A DNA stretch of 53,717 nucleotides from Chromera velia (lineage: Eukaryota). Both the position numbers and the translations under genes were made by a program. Each line of letters starts with the position of its first letter. Positions within the stretch are counted from its first letter, which is position 1. The stretch covers positions 1 through 53,717 of the forward strand of contig JAHBMJ010000237.1 of NCBI GenBank assembly GCA_018398765.1. The letters are read 5' to 3'. The notes under the pieces are model-generated. The model was not told the origin of the DNA and made no database searches. It was given only the letters and a program-made list of their open reading frames with translations. Below, piece after piece: positions 36,298 through 49,499 of this stretch.

Positions 36298-38633
36298 AAG
36301 TCAAGATAAAGATGCAAAACCCCGAGGAGAGAGGAGGACTGAAAAGGTATGTCCACCTCCACGAGTTTGTGCAGTGACTACCTCTGGACGTGTCACAAAA
36401 TCCCAACACATGTATTCAACACTTTGAGCGGCCACTTGCACCCGATCCTTGCAGCAGCTCCGTCTTCCCACATCGATCCACCCACATAGAGCATGACTCC
36501 ATACAGGGCAACACAACTCACGCTTTACTTTCTTCCTTCTTTCACTTTCACTATCCTGCATGTGCCCCATGCAACTGACCGACCCGTCATCTGATTCCAA
36601 AAGTTCCAAACCGAAATTCACCAACTTCTCTTCATTCACACGAAGCACCTGCACGCATGAAGCAAACAATGGGTGGAAGGGAACGTTCTCAAAAAAAAGT
36701 CTTCCAAACCTACAATGACTGTCACACAGAGAAAAAGACTTGTCCGTCAAATTGCATCAGCCTCATAAAAATGCAATCCTTTCCATCTCTGCAAAGATTC
36801 TCAACACTGATCAGCATGCACTCTTGTTAATTCAAAGCGTGCATGGAAGGCCTCACATGGAGGCCAGGTGCGTTTTGCAAATGCAGTGGAGAATCAATCA
36901 CAGGCTGATTCACTCCTTGTTGCTTGACTTGGATCGAGAGCGATGAGATCAATCAAGTCGATGAAAGCTCCCTGCATGCCTTCCCTTCTCTGACCTCCGT
37001 GAGGGAGTCTGTCGTCCTTCTTGTCCGAATTGCAATCACAGAGGAGACCAGTTGGATCAAAGGATTGCGGCACTCGCACAAGACCCGAAAGAATCCGTCA
37101 AAGAAACTGCACACACATGCAAAGCAAGAGACAACCAGTTGAAAAAAGGATGGTCAAAAGAAAGATTCTCAGAGAAGTTTGCTCTTCAGATCACAGACTT
37201 GAAAAAGATTTGCAGAACCTACAGCTGTTGAGAGCATGTCTAGAAAGGAAAACGACAGACACGTGCACACACTCTCCATCGCAAGGATTCACATGCACAC
37301 AGAGAATGAAGGGGCAAAAGAGAGATGCCGACCCACCCCTGCAGTCGGACGCTTGGGTCCACAATGCGATTCCGCGCTACCTCCTCTGAGAGTGCCTGCA
37401 GTGTTTGCAAGAAATGGAAGCGAGAGAGATGAAGAGAGATCATGGTGTGAAGTGCATGAATCGCACTTTCAGTATGAAAAAGCGAAATCAATGCTTATTT
37501 ATTTTGAATCTGTCGGACGGATTCTTTTCGCGTGCGAGATTTTTCGATACCTGCAAACAAAACGCTCAAATTGCCTTGATAGATGTACTGGTTCCAGGCT
37601 ATTTCTATCACTCTCCCATTCACAGACCCATTCACCCACTACCTCCCACACTCACCGAATGACAGCAACACATGCATGCACCCACCTACCTTGACGACTA
37701 GAGACAGAGGGAACCTGCCGATCACTTTCTCCTCGAAAGTCCCCCTGTCCTTCCGGAGAAGGAGGTGGAGGGCCGTGTCCCCACTCTGGAAGGAAAGAAA
37801 TTAAGTTGGCATTCAAAGGCAGAGCACAAGATAAAGAACGTTCGTTCCCTTTGCGGACCATTTGAATGAGAGAGGACCAATTAATCGTTGGACCCATCTC
37901 AGAAACACTCAAGTCCTTCCAGCCGAACCAATCAATGGCTTTCCTACCAACCATGCTGAGACATGGAGTGCAAAGAGGACCAATGGCTCTTCCCTTGAAG
38001 AAAAATTAACGCATCTTATTTTTTCTTCCCAATTCGAGCAGTTACATATCCCACTCATTTTATCAGCCTCCCCGTTCTCGCCCCTACTGCCGGCCTACAG
38101 CCCCCAACTTGCTCCCAAAGGCCCACCTGGCTTCTATGGTAAACGTCTGCCCCTCTGCTCAGAAGTTCTTCGAGGATTTCGGATTTCGCACTCTCAGCGG
38201 CTCCATGGAGAACAGAGACCTTCAGCTGCAAGTAGAAGGAACAGATACGACCCCACTCAGATGCAGATCTCATAACGCATGAAACAGAAGAGCAAACGCG
38301 ACGGAAAGAGATAGCAAAACACAGGAGCAGAAAGAATGATGCAGGAAGAAGCAGGGCTCCAAAGGTAAGCATCTTTGCCATGCAGGGCTTTTGCATCTCT
38401 GCAGAGAAAATCCTCTGTCTCTGTCTGCATGCACAGCCTCTAGCTGTTGCTGATGCTAACGAACCTCATTGAGTTTGTGAATGTCTGCCCCCCCTCTCAG
38501 GAGAACCCGCACGACGTCAACGTGACCCTCACGAGCAGCCAGGAGGAGGGCGGGAGACTGCGGAAACTTCTGCACACAAAATCCAAAAACCAGACTTTAG
38601 AAGCTCAAAATAGGAACAATCTCTCTCTCTCTC

Positions 38634-38679
<46 letters not shown>

Positions 38680-40537
38680 GTAGGGAGAAAGACACACAGG
38701 GCGGAAAGGAGTGTCCGATGAGGAAAGGTCTGCATGGGAAAGATTGATTGATTGAGTCTACCCACGTACCTTTTCTGTTTCATTTGGATCTGCACCCTCC
38801 CGACCGAGGGCCAAGGAAACCATCTCATCCCATCCGTTTTCGGCAACTACACACAAAAAACTCATGTCAGGCCCTATCTGCAGGGGAAAAATATATCCAT
38901 CCATATAATCTCTCCCAGGTAATATTTGTGCCAAGGAAACACACAACACAGTCGTGCTTGCATGCCAGCAGCAACGAAACAGAGATGTGCATGCGACTTG
39001 AAGAAGTGTCATTCCCTAGCTGTGGTTGCCCCCACTTGACCTTCCTTCTCTGTCTTTCTTCCTCATGTCTTCTGCCTACAGGCCACGCTGAGAAAAGATC
39101 ATCGCCCAACTCATGCAGTCTATTTTCTGTTTCCCTCCCTGCCTTCCCTTTTTTCATCGGGGGCATTTGTCTCTCTTCCTGCAAGTCCTGCATTCGACCT
39201 TCTTGACAACAAAGTCTCTTTGTTTCTGTTTGCTGAACAACCTGTGCCATTCTCTCTCCTGCTCAATCAAAAATCCGACCCCCCTCACCCCCTCCCTGAC
39301 GCACGCAAAGGGAAGACTGACGTCTAATGACGCCCCTGCGGTAAGGAGAGTTTGTGAAGTCTCTTGCTGTTTCCGGCAGACTGCTGCGTTCAATGAAGTG
39401 CGGCCCAACTGCATGCAGGAAGAAACAATGAATGCACTTGGTGGAAATATGCATTCCCACTTCAGCAAAGGGAAGGCAGCAAGAGAACACAGTCAAGATT
39501 GCCTATGGATGTCGAAAGACCTTCTCTGATTTCTTTCGATTTCTCTCTTCCAGTTCGAAAAGTAAAAAAAAAGGTTTGGCCAGAAAGGTGGACCGAGATG
39601 GCCAAAAGAGGAGCCAAACTTACTTCGGGCGAGAGCATCTACCCTGGGAAATTAGAGGTGAAAACAACAAAGACGGTCTACTAAGCAATAACCAAGCCTT
39701 CCCACCTCGTCTCTGACATCCACATCAGCTCCCCTTGCTAACAGAAGTTCCACCGAATCCGTGTGACCGCATCTCGCCGCCTCATGGAGGGCGCCTCTGC
39801 CCTGGGCCCTCTGCTTGCAAGATTGTGCGTCATTCATGTCCATCACTTCACGGATGGCTGTGTGAAAAGGCGTGCCTGTTCCGACGAAAGGGGCATGTGG
39901 GGATGTTTCGGCTGTTTGGAGGGGTTCTTCATCCATTCTTGTGTTTTGCTTGTTCAAGCTGACTGAAAAGGCTTTTCAAGACTGTGTGTGATCGCTTCTC
40001 CGAGGTACCGCGAAGGTTGATTGGAAAAGTATTTTTCGGCCTTTTTGCGAAAGTATGGAGTAGAGGAACAAACGGAATGAAATCCGCTTGTTTGTGTCTG
40101 TGTTGAAAAAAAAGAAACGAGTGTACGGACCGGATTTTTGGCGTTGGGGTTTGCTCCGTTGTCAAGGAGAAATTCTAGGGCCGAGCTAAATCCAGAAGAG
40201 GCGCACTTGAACAGCTTCATGTCCTGCAAGTGTACATTTCCATCTCTTTTTGTACACTTGTTTTTCACATGCAATATGCAAAGTCTCCACGTCACAGGCT
40301 CCTTCGGACAAAGCTGATCAGGTCAACGGAGTCCGGTTTATACGATCTCTTCGACTTTTCCCCTTCTGCAAACCTCTCGCCTCAAGTGACTGATTAAGAC
40401 GAGTAGCGAGAGTCTGCGTGTCTTCTTCTGAGCGGAGAATACGCAAGAAACTCACTCAAGTCTGAAGATTAACGCGAGCCTAGAAGTCACACGCCATTCT
40501 TTCGTCTTGTGTATGTGTGTGCGTGTGTGTGTGTGTA

Positions 40538-40568
<31 letters not shown>

Positions 40569-41579
40569 CTGTTTTTGGCACTCACAGGTGCTGAAGGGAA
40601 AGCGAGAGGGAGGAGCGTTCTGCTCTGAAAAAACTACGATCACTCCTTGAGAACAGCAAAGAAGGAAAACCTCTCCTTCGGCATTCCTTCCCGACCTTCT
40701 GGTCTTGTCTCATTCTCCCGATCTCTCTCTGCAGTTCCTCTGTGACTCTCTCTTCCTCCACCTCCCTCTCCAGAAGTCTCTCCAGACTCGTGGCCCCGTC
40801 CCCAGACTTCAAAGTGGACCTCCGTATCCGACTCAAACGAGTACCCACAGTCGCCCACGAGAGGGACTGAAATAAAGCATGTATGCATATGTGCATACAC
40901 ATGAGATTGCAGACACGCACACAAAGCTCCCGGAGGAGCATACGCACATGTAGGACACACACGTGGGCGTCAAAGGTGATGTATACGCGAATGAATCAAG
41001 CACACAAATCGCAGTGCCGACTGTCAGCCAGGAAATGGATTTCGTGCACGCAAGAGACGCTGGAGCTCGTAACAGAGTTAGATGTGAGAGGGAAAACCTG
41101 CATGCATTGCAGGAAGTCTCGAAGCAACAGCATTTCGTTTCCTTCTTTGTCCCCGGACTTACCGTGTCATTTCTCTTGATTTCCATCTCGGTCACTGTCA
41201 CGGTCTCTTCCTGCCACCTGACTGACTGTTCCCCCACCGCGTCCCTCTCCCTCACGGATTGCAGCTCCTGTCCCGTCTCCATCACGGGGACGGGGTCGTC
41301 GTCCTCAACCTGCAGGCAGGCAGGCAGGCACAATTGCATGCATGCAGCAAGGCGCGCGCTTATATATCGAGAGTCAGTGCGAATATTCATGGATGAACTG
41401 TCTCATGCATGTCAGCCTGCATCTTAATTCGGATGCGGGATCGCAAAGGAGATAAAAAGACGTGCATGCATGTGTAGAAAAGCAGGCAGAAGGAAACTCA
41501 CTTGTGGTACCGCTATAGGAGGAACCATCTCTTGTGGGGGCTTCATTTTTGATGTGGTCACTTTGTTTACCTTCTTCAT
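31804..41579 (-). CDS. Multi-exon ankyrin-repeat TRP-like cation channel
   Basis: Ankyrin exons: LFKCASSG...LLDNGANPN (~40130-40223), ALHEAARCGHTDSVELLLARGADVD (~39707-39811), SLNAAV...LLTAGA (~39320-39410), VLHGAA...LLSRGADV (~38127-38226). TM exons: WNFLD (~34759-34943), S5/pore FESFGAVTWTLF (33819-34008), S6 LLNFLIALMASSYEEV (33273-33520). Coiled-coil-like last exon ends at 31804. The start codon and some middle exons are uncertain. Confidence 0.85.
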
Positions 41580-42531
41580 TCGCCAGGCTGGGAGAGAATG
41601 TAGCAGCACACACGTCTCTTGAATGAAGCGGAAGTTAAAGTTCCATACAGCCAGATGGTTTTCGGAGACGTAACCTTCAGAGCAACACTGTTGCCGAACC
41701 AACGCGAACAAATATATATATAGATAGGTTGCCAACAACTGTGACTCGTGCTGAGGTCTATTATCTATTTGCTTGAAGTCTTTCGCTTGGAGGAGGGGCA
41801 ATTAAGCTCTTGGTGCGTGTTGGAGCAATATATATATTAATATGTAGAGAGGATCGAGCTTCATAAAGGAAGAGTGCAAATTAATCAATTATACTGACGA
41901 GTGAGTGCGCGCGCTTTGCGCGCGGAAGTGACTAAGGCCTTGTGAGTAAAGAAGCTAGGAGCCGGCAAGTCGGCAGATCTAGCTTATTCTAGCAGAATAA
42001 AGGCAGCATATCCAGCCCGCAAGAAGAAACATAAACAGCAAAAAGGTGGTGTCAATCCGGTACACGTTCAAGTACGTTCAAGCCTTCAAAGAAAGCACAA
42101 ATCGATCAACGGCAAAAGATATTCTTTCTTATCGATCTGGTGGACAATCAGGTTTTTCTAAGATGACCGCGCGTATCAGGACGCTCAAATAGTAGAAGAC
42201 GTCCAGCCCGCCCGGCCCCAGAAAGCCTTTTTTATACAGGCGTCCGGCCTAGCCGCCGGCCCGGGACATCTTCAACCATCAATCCCCTTCTCTTTTTTAA
42301 GGCCCCAAGCTGACAACTGTTCGCTCCGACGGACATAATGGAAGCATACAGGGGACAATACGCAAACAAAGCTCTTCCACACAGAGTGATCATCCTGACA
42401 GTGTTATCTCCAATCTAGACTTCAACCCGATCACATAAATTGCTGTGGGTTAACAACTCGCAGTGTATGTCTCTGATACACTACGTATTTAGGTCCCCGG
42501 GCCGTGACACACCGATGATGGTGATCACACT

Positions 42532-43363
42532 CAGGGTTCCCGATTTTTCCAGTGGTAAAGCGAGCTGATTACCGTTTAACCGGTGATTACCGGTAGAGTG
42601 GCCGGCCACCGCTAAAAAGTTTGATAAAGGCTGGAGAGATAAAGTATAATTCAAAACTAAAGTTTAAAAAATCTATTTACGATAATAAGCATTTTTAAAG
42701 CATTTTAAGTTATTTGTTTGTTCATTTATATGGTCTAACTAGGTTTGACAGTTATTTACATGTTATAAATTAAGTTATCTATGGTTTAAGTGAGATACTA
42801 AGGGGCAGCCATGCTGTTTTAAATGATAAAACTGGAAAGACGGATTGCCATTGGCCTTAGTCGCATCTTAGTAGCGTATTGACGACCAAAAACAGTATAC
42901 AATCGGCATAACTCGCCTCCATCAACACTCTTATGGGCCACCATACTATATTTATAGGCACCATGCAAGTGTAATGCAAGAAATCTAACAACCTTGAAGG
43001 TGAACACATCCTCTCAAAAGAGGTTTTCATGTCTTAAGGCCAGGCTACTTGCTAGCTGCCTCTTTACCTCCGCAACAACTACCGCTTCCAGTTCATAGAC
43101 CTCCAAACTAGGCAAACAAGCGCAGACAAACAGCATATTGTTAAAAGAATCTTAATTCGATTCCTAAATTTAAAGTACCAAAAACATTGAAAGAAATCCT
43201 TAAAACTAAAGAATAGGAGTTGCACTGCAGGCGAAATTTTTTTTTTGAAGCTTCATTTTCTCCTCATTTTTTTCCAGTAAAACTTCGGTAAACGGAGTCC
43301 ATTACCAATAATCCAGGAATTACTGGTAGACACGGATCGTTACCAAATGAAAAAGCAACCCTG
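42532..43363. mobile_element. hAT MITE
   Basis: Termini CAGGGTT...AACCCTG. 8-bp TSD ATCACACT (42524-42531, 43364-43371). TTACC/GGTAA subterminal motifs. Confidence 0.9.
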
Positions 43364-44129
43364 ATCACACTTTGTGAACTCTCCAGAATGACACACTCCG
43401 CAAAATATACTCCGATTTTAAGTTGTCGGCCCTGAACTCTCCGGGAGTTGGTGACCTACGCAAATTGCTTGCCCTGACCAAACCTACTGTGGAAAGCCTT
43501 TTCAGGTTCTACGAAAGTATGGGGACAAATCACACAGGTCTTGTACTACATAAATCAAAGAGCCTGTGCGTTCCCTCTCTAAAAAACCATAAGTCAATTT
43601 CCCATACCCAAAGTTCTTTGCATTTCTGAATCGAAGATGATCAACAAGCAGACAGTAAAGCCACCCGAACGCCTCTACGGCGCACAACCCGGTACAACCT
43701 GTCCAGAGAGGAGGGGGTCTGGGGAGAAAAGGAGAACTGAATGTAAGTGTGAACTAGCGCGTGCTCGACTAGAAGGGGGAGAGGTTCTATGGGAGCTCAC
43801 TGAGCCAGTAGTCTTGCAAGACAGACCACCGCTCAAACAGAAGGTTGGCGATTTAAAATTCACTCACTGTTAAGGAAGAAGAAAGCGAAGACTGCGAAGT
43901 GGTTGCCTCCCTGCCCCCTTCTAGGCCTCCTTCTTGCTCTTCAGATAGAGGCGGCTGCTGTGTGACAGCTGTCTCCCTCTCTTTCTTCAGGAGCTGAGTG
44001 GCCAAGAGGCAAACACTTTCCAATAAAAAAGGCTAACGAAGCTTCATCTCTCTCAGACTTTCGGCTTCTGTTGGCTGTACTGTCTCCTCCATCGCCCCTT
44101 CTTTTTAATTCTTTTGGTCTTTTTTTTGA

Positions 44130-44560
44130 TTATTAGAGATGGCAAGAGACCTGCCTCTTTTTCTTCCTCCACCCCTTCTCTTTCTTCTGGTCTTTCTTTT
44201 GATGGAGACAGCAAGAGACCTGCCTCTTTTTCTTTCTCCGCCCCTTCTTTTTCTTCTAATCTTTCTTTTGATAGAGATGACAAAAAACCTGCTTCTTTTT
44301 CTTTCTCCACCCCTTTTCTTTTTTTAGACAAAGACGGTTGGCGGCTCGTTTCCTTCTCTGTCCTTTCTCTTTCTTCAGACAGATATGGCTCCTATGCTGC
44401 CTTCTTCCTAGCCTCCTCCTCCCTCTGCACCCCTTTTTTTTCTTCAGATAGATATGGCTCCTGTGCTGCCTCCTCCTCCCTCTGTGCCTCTTCTCTTTCT
44501 TCAGACGGATATGGCTCTTGTGCTGCCTCCTCCTCCCTCTGTGCCCCTTCTTTTTCTTCA
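44130..44560 (-). repeat. Coding-type tandem repeats (about 57-bp and 69-bp units) giving a Glu/Lys-rich segment inside the LTR element
   Basis: EEKEGAQREEEAAQEPYPS x3 and E(K/E)EKEAG(L/F)L.S.SKER x3 on the minus strand. Confidence 0.75.
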
Positions 44561-45163
44561 AAGACGGACAGTCTGAGAGGAATAGGAAGCGTCCTCTCTC
44601 CCTTGCTAACATACAAACTACCCCTTAGCCCACTGCATGAATGAACACAACATGAAACGATCTGGTAAGAGAGGCAAGTCTGCTGATATGGCGAATCGAC
44701 CACTTATTGTCTTGCCATGTCCATTTCCCCCTTTACACCGGGTCCGCTAGGCTCTGCGGATTGATTCACACTTATTTGACAAAACCTTCTAGAAAACCCC
44801 TCACCCCAGGCCCCTCTTAGACCAAAGAACACACTTTCATAAGCTTCCACTGTGTTGGCAAGTCTGAGTCTTTCAGGGCCAACACAGCTGTGATAAGTGC
44901 CAGAGCACTTCCAGGAAGCGAAAAGGGCGGAAGAAGGAAGACAGACGGAAGATCAAGACTGTTTTGGAGACGGCAAGGTTTGAAATGACACAAAGGCGGG
45001 CAGCCGATCTCTCACTGCCAGCTTTGGCCACCTAGTCTGGCCCCCCCAGAACAAACAGCAGCGACTGGGAGGGACCGCGCAACTCCTACCATAGAAGCAT
45101 GTTTGGTTGAGCCTGGAGGCACTGCGGTTGGATGAAGACACTGAGTGTCGGGAGACTTGCATA

Positions 45164-46526
45164 CCGGGGGCGAGTGGGGTGCTTTTTGCCCCCCCCTCTG
45201 CATAGAAGACCGGCGCTTTTCCGCAAAAAACTCGTTTTCATAATTGGTAAGGAGTTAGAAGCTGAAACTTTGTGTAAGAAGACGTTGTAACGACAGAAAA
45301 AGAACTATGGAACAGATTTTTTATATTAGGAATGTTCTAGTATGATTAGTTCTCTTCCAATAGCCGAGACAGTCCTGCTATGCACGTACTGTTTGCTAAG
45401 GGACCGACGGTGGACTCTACCAAAATCACCATCTCCAAGATTGGTCAATATGACGGCATGCTCTCACTTCTGGGTAAGTCAAATAATCGAGCAAAAAGAA
45501 TGTATACAAAAAATTCCACTTTTGTACGATCTGGGGGGGGACGCCGAAAAAAGTGAATAATTATTGTATGCACCTTCTACACGCGCATCATTCATAAGAA
45601 GTCACGGGTCTGATTGCATATACAATGGTACTGACACACCAGAACCGTACATGCAATATCAGACGGACTGACTCCAAGAATGCAACATCTGATCAATCGA
45701 GAAGCACAGGACAAGGCATAAAAACCGACGTGCGCGACCCCCCTTTCCTCTTTGCTGCTGTCTTTTGTCTATCGCTTCCAGCAGGTGAATAGTGCACTCA
45801 ATTGTATAAACAGGAAAGAACATAAGAAGATCAGTTATCAAAGGAGGGAATGTAACAAAATCAACCAAGAACAGTAAAAAGAAAGAAAGTTCTTTCATTC
45901 CATAATGTGATCAACGAAGGACTCCTCGAACGAGCAATGACATCAGAAAAAACCTTCACGAGAAAACGAAAAGGCCAACGAAGAAGAAAGCATTCAAGAA
46001 AAAGAAAAGTCAGTTCATCAACAAGAACATGAGCAGAGGTATTACAGGAAAGTAAGGAACGCAATACATTCGAACTCATCTCTTCGATTATTCCCTGCAA
46101 CCGAGGAATGCAAGAAAAACCATAGATGAATCTAACTCTCTTCAGGGTAGGGAAGGAAGGGAATGGAAGAGCATTATCGAAATCATGGAGGCACAAAAAA
46201 GAAAAAGCATACAGGTTATGATACTATTCGACGAGAGCATCCCTATTATTTATAGAAACATAGGCTGCCATATAAATTTTGTGAGTTTCATACCGTTTTT
46301 CTTACTGTTAAAAACCGTTAAAAAATGACCGCAAAATAAAAAAAATTGTATAGTAGCCTATGTTTCTAGAAATAATATAAAAAATCTGTTCTACAGTTCT
46401 TTTTTTATCGTTACAACGTCTTTTTACATAAAGTTTCAGCTTCTCACTCCTTACCAATTATGAAAACGAGTTTTTTGTGGAAATACGCCGCTTTAGGAGG
46501 GCAAAAAGCATCCTACTCGCCCCCGG
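45164..46526. mobile_element. Non-autonomous DNA element with TIRs of about 170 bp, inserted in gag
   Basis: CCGGGGGCGAGT...AAAAAACTCGTTTTCATAATTGGTAAGGAG... is mirrored at 46360-46526. Flanks CATA / CATG suggest a TA or 4-bp TSD with one mutation. Confidence 0.85.
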
Positions 46527-48614
46527 CATGCGCTGCTGCACAGGATTCGGAGGAGACGGATCCTCTGGAGGGTAATGGGGGCAATCTCGTCTATCGTGAC
46601 CTCGATCCCCGCAAACCACATAAAGCTCTTGCCGTCGGAAACATGTCATCCATGAATGACCCCTGCACCAAGGAAAATCTTTTCCAAAGAGGTACGAACA
46701 AAAATAGCAGGGGGTCTTCTTACGAAGCTCTTCAGGGGGGAAGTCTCCCTTAGAGGGAGAAAATCCGAAACGCTGTCGATCAGCAGCCGACAGCGTAAAG
46801 AGAGGGACAGCCTCATAAAAAGAAGGCTTCTATCCACCCGAGTACTGCTTGTACAGCTGGTTGTAGTACTGGGTGGGAGGGAGAGCACCACGGTGGCGAC
46901 GAAACGGGAGAGAAACAGACGTACAAGCAACAGAATGGTCTATGCTCTAAAATTTTTCTTCAAGCCGCTTTTGCAGAACGGCAAGTTTTTGTCATACAAA
47001 CATACAGAGGGCAACCTCTGCAATGATTTTCTTCAGTCCCATTAGAAGGGGAAAGGCAGCAGTCCCGGGACTCCAAACGTTACCACTGAAAAAAAAACTA
47101 GAAAAAAAAGGATCAGAAGGTTTGTATCAAACTCTTTCGAGCTCGTTTTACCATTGAAGAAGCTAGAAGCCGGTAAGTCGGCAGATCTAGCTTATTCCAG
47201 TAGAATAAGGGCAGTATATTAAGCCCCGGCCCGCAAGAAGAAGCATAAACAGCAAAAACATAGTGTCAATCCGGTATACGTTCAAGCCTTCAAGGAAAGC
47301 ATAAATTGATCAACGGCAAAAAATATTGTCTCTGATCGATTTGGTAGACAATCGGGTTTTTCTGAGATGACCGCGCGCGTTAGGATACTCGAATAGTAGA
47401 TCTGAAGATGCCCGGCCTGCCCAGCCCTGGAAAGCCTTTCTTATACAGGCGTCCGGCCCTGCCACCGGCCTGGAACATCTTCAACCATCAGTGAGTGTGT
47501 TATAACGGGCTAAAAGAAAACGTTAAAAAACATAAACATACAGATTACGGTCTGATTACTAAATCCTTTTCTCGGCTACTAATGATATCCAAATCCATAA
47601 CCTCCCTGAACCTGAGTGTTACTTGAAAAAGTTACAAATGCAATATGAGCACTGCGACAGGCTCCGTGTAGCTCCGTGCTCAATGAACCCGGTTAGGAGA
47701 AGTTTAGGTTACATTCAATGTAAATAGCTATAAGAGAAGTCCAAAAAGAGCATATCGAGCGAATGTTAGTCTACTGTGAGAGGGAGAATGGACACCAGGA
47801 TATTTTTTTTATATACAGATAAAAACGTAAAATTATAATTTATAACCAAATGGCCCAGTAGTAGTTTTAGAACAAAGACCCTATACAGGAAAAATCGAGC
47901 TATTACCATGCCCTCTATACTTCTATCTCAAGTACAAATCGAACTAAGGAACACACACAGCAGTATGATATTGCAATTAAAAGTGGGGTATGGATACCTT
48001 TGGCACAAGCGGTGACCCGACAGCCAAGGGGAATAGGGGTTCGGACTAGGAAGGAAGGAAGGGGGGAAGGGTGAGAGGGCGGGAGGGACGGATGGAGGGA
48101 GGGAGACAGGGATGAAAGGAAGACTCCCTCCTGGAGGAAGGCATGAAGAAAAATAAAGGAGTGAGGGAGGGGGGCGGAAAGAAAGACATGAAGGGGAAAA
48201 GGGGAGCAGCAGAAGAAATAATGCCAAATAATTATAATGCAGGCCGTGAACACTGCAGGATGATGTAGAGAGAGGAAAAAGAGAGAACAAGACGAAACAA
48301 ATGCCCCCGGTCCCTCCAAGGGAAAACAGGGCCTACCCAGGGAGTCATAGGAACACCCTTCCGTGAGCTGAGACATACTTATGCCCCACTCTACCCCCTC
48401 CTAGCTGACCTCCCAGAAAGCCATTCTACCGAAGCAACTGCACACAATAAGGATCAAGAACACTGATCAGTAGAAATAACGTGAACGAAACGGTCTCCAA
48501 GGCATTCAGAAGGCTGCACACATGCATCTACACCCCTAAAAAGATATATCCACAATGAAGCGAGACGAATGACCCCTACCCCTTTCCAGCACCCCGAGAG
48601 TCATTCCACCAAAG

Positions 48615-48651
<37 letters not shown>

Positions 48652-48718
48652 CTCTCTCTCTCTTTCAGAGAGAGTCTCTCTTTCTTTCTTTCTTTCTTTC
48701 TTTTTTTCTTTCTTTTTT

Positions 48719-48754
<36 letters not shown>

Positions 48755-48758
48755 TTTT

Positions 48759-48793
<35 letters not shown>

Positions 48794-48805
48794 CTCTCTC
48801 TCTCT

Positions 48806-48851
<46 letters not shown>

Positions 48852-48880
48852 GAGACTCTCTCTGTCTCTCTCTCTCATAC
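48615..48880. repeat. (CT)n/(CTTT)n microsatellite
   Basis: Directly visible. Confidence 0.9.
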
Positions 48881-49499
48881 ATACAGGAAGAAAGAACGAA
48901 CGAACGTTGAACAACCCCCGGGGTGTCCCATGCATGCAACACTTCAGAGTGCGCTCTTAGCGGAGCGTGGGCCTGCTTCCAATAGACTGTGTGAGACCTG
49001 GCACTGCTCTTTATAACTATCGCATATGTTGACAATATGACATGATTGCTATAGAATTTGGCACTGCTCCTAATGACATTGTTGTGGGACCTGGCACTGC
49101 AAGCTGTTGTAGGACCTGGCAACCGCTACTAACGTACTTATGACTATGATAAATAAATGTATATATAAACCTAGATCGATATAAACAAATATAAACAGAA
49201 TTTAACACATATTTTGAATCACATTCTCGTGTTTAGTTTTTAGAGTTTTTGAATATATGTATGAATTTTAAAATATAGATTAGATCGAGTATTTTAGTAA
49301 ACAAAATTAAACTATTTCAGAACATAAACTTTTAATGTAACATATATTATCGTTGATTGATTGAACATTAGATTCAACTTTATATATTTATAGTTTTTAT
49401 TCTTCTTTATCTTAATATATTGATTCATTATTTCATATAAAACGAATTATAACTATTTAATATAATTTTTTAAAAAGTCTGACTTGTTGGCAAAGGTCC

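Larger units (their letters stand above)
41947..47490 (-). mobile_element. Decayed, internally deleted LTR retrotransposon with two nested DNA elements
   Basis: LTRs of about 335 bp at 41947-42281 and 47155-47490. TSD GTGAG at 41942-41946 and 47491-47495. On the minus strand: PBS-like TGGTAAAACGAGC next to 47155 and PPT AAAAAAGAGAAGGGGAT next to 42281. Gag knuckle remnant CGDRGHDRRDC near 46580-46615. No RT found. Confidence 0.9.

Noticed and set aside
48990..49122. Short GACCTGGCA(CTGC) repeats
   Set aside because: Few degenerate copies with irregular spacing; no element boundary found.
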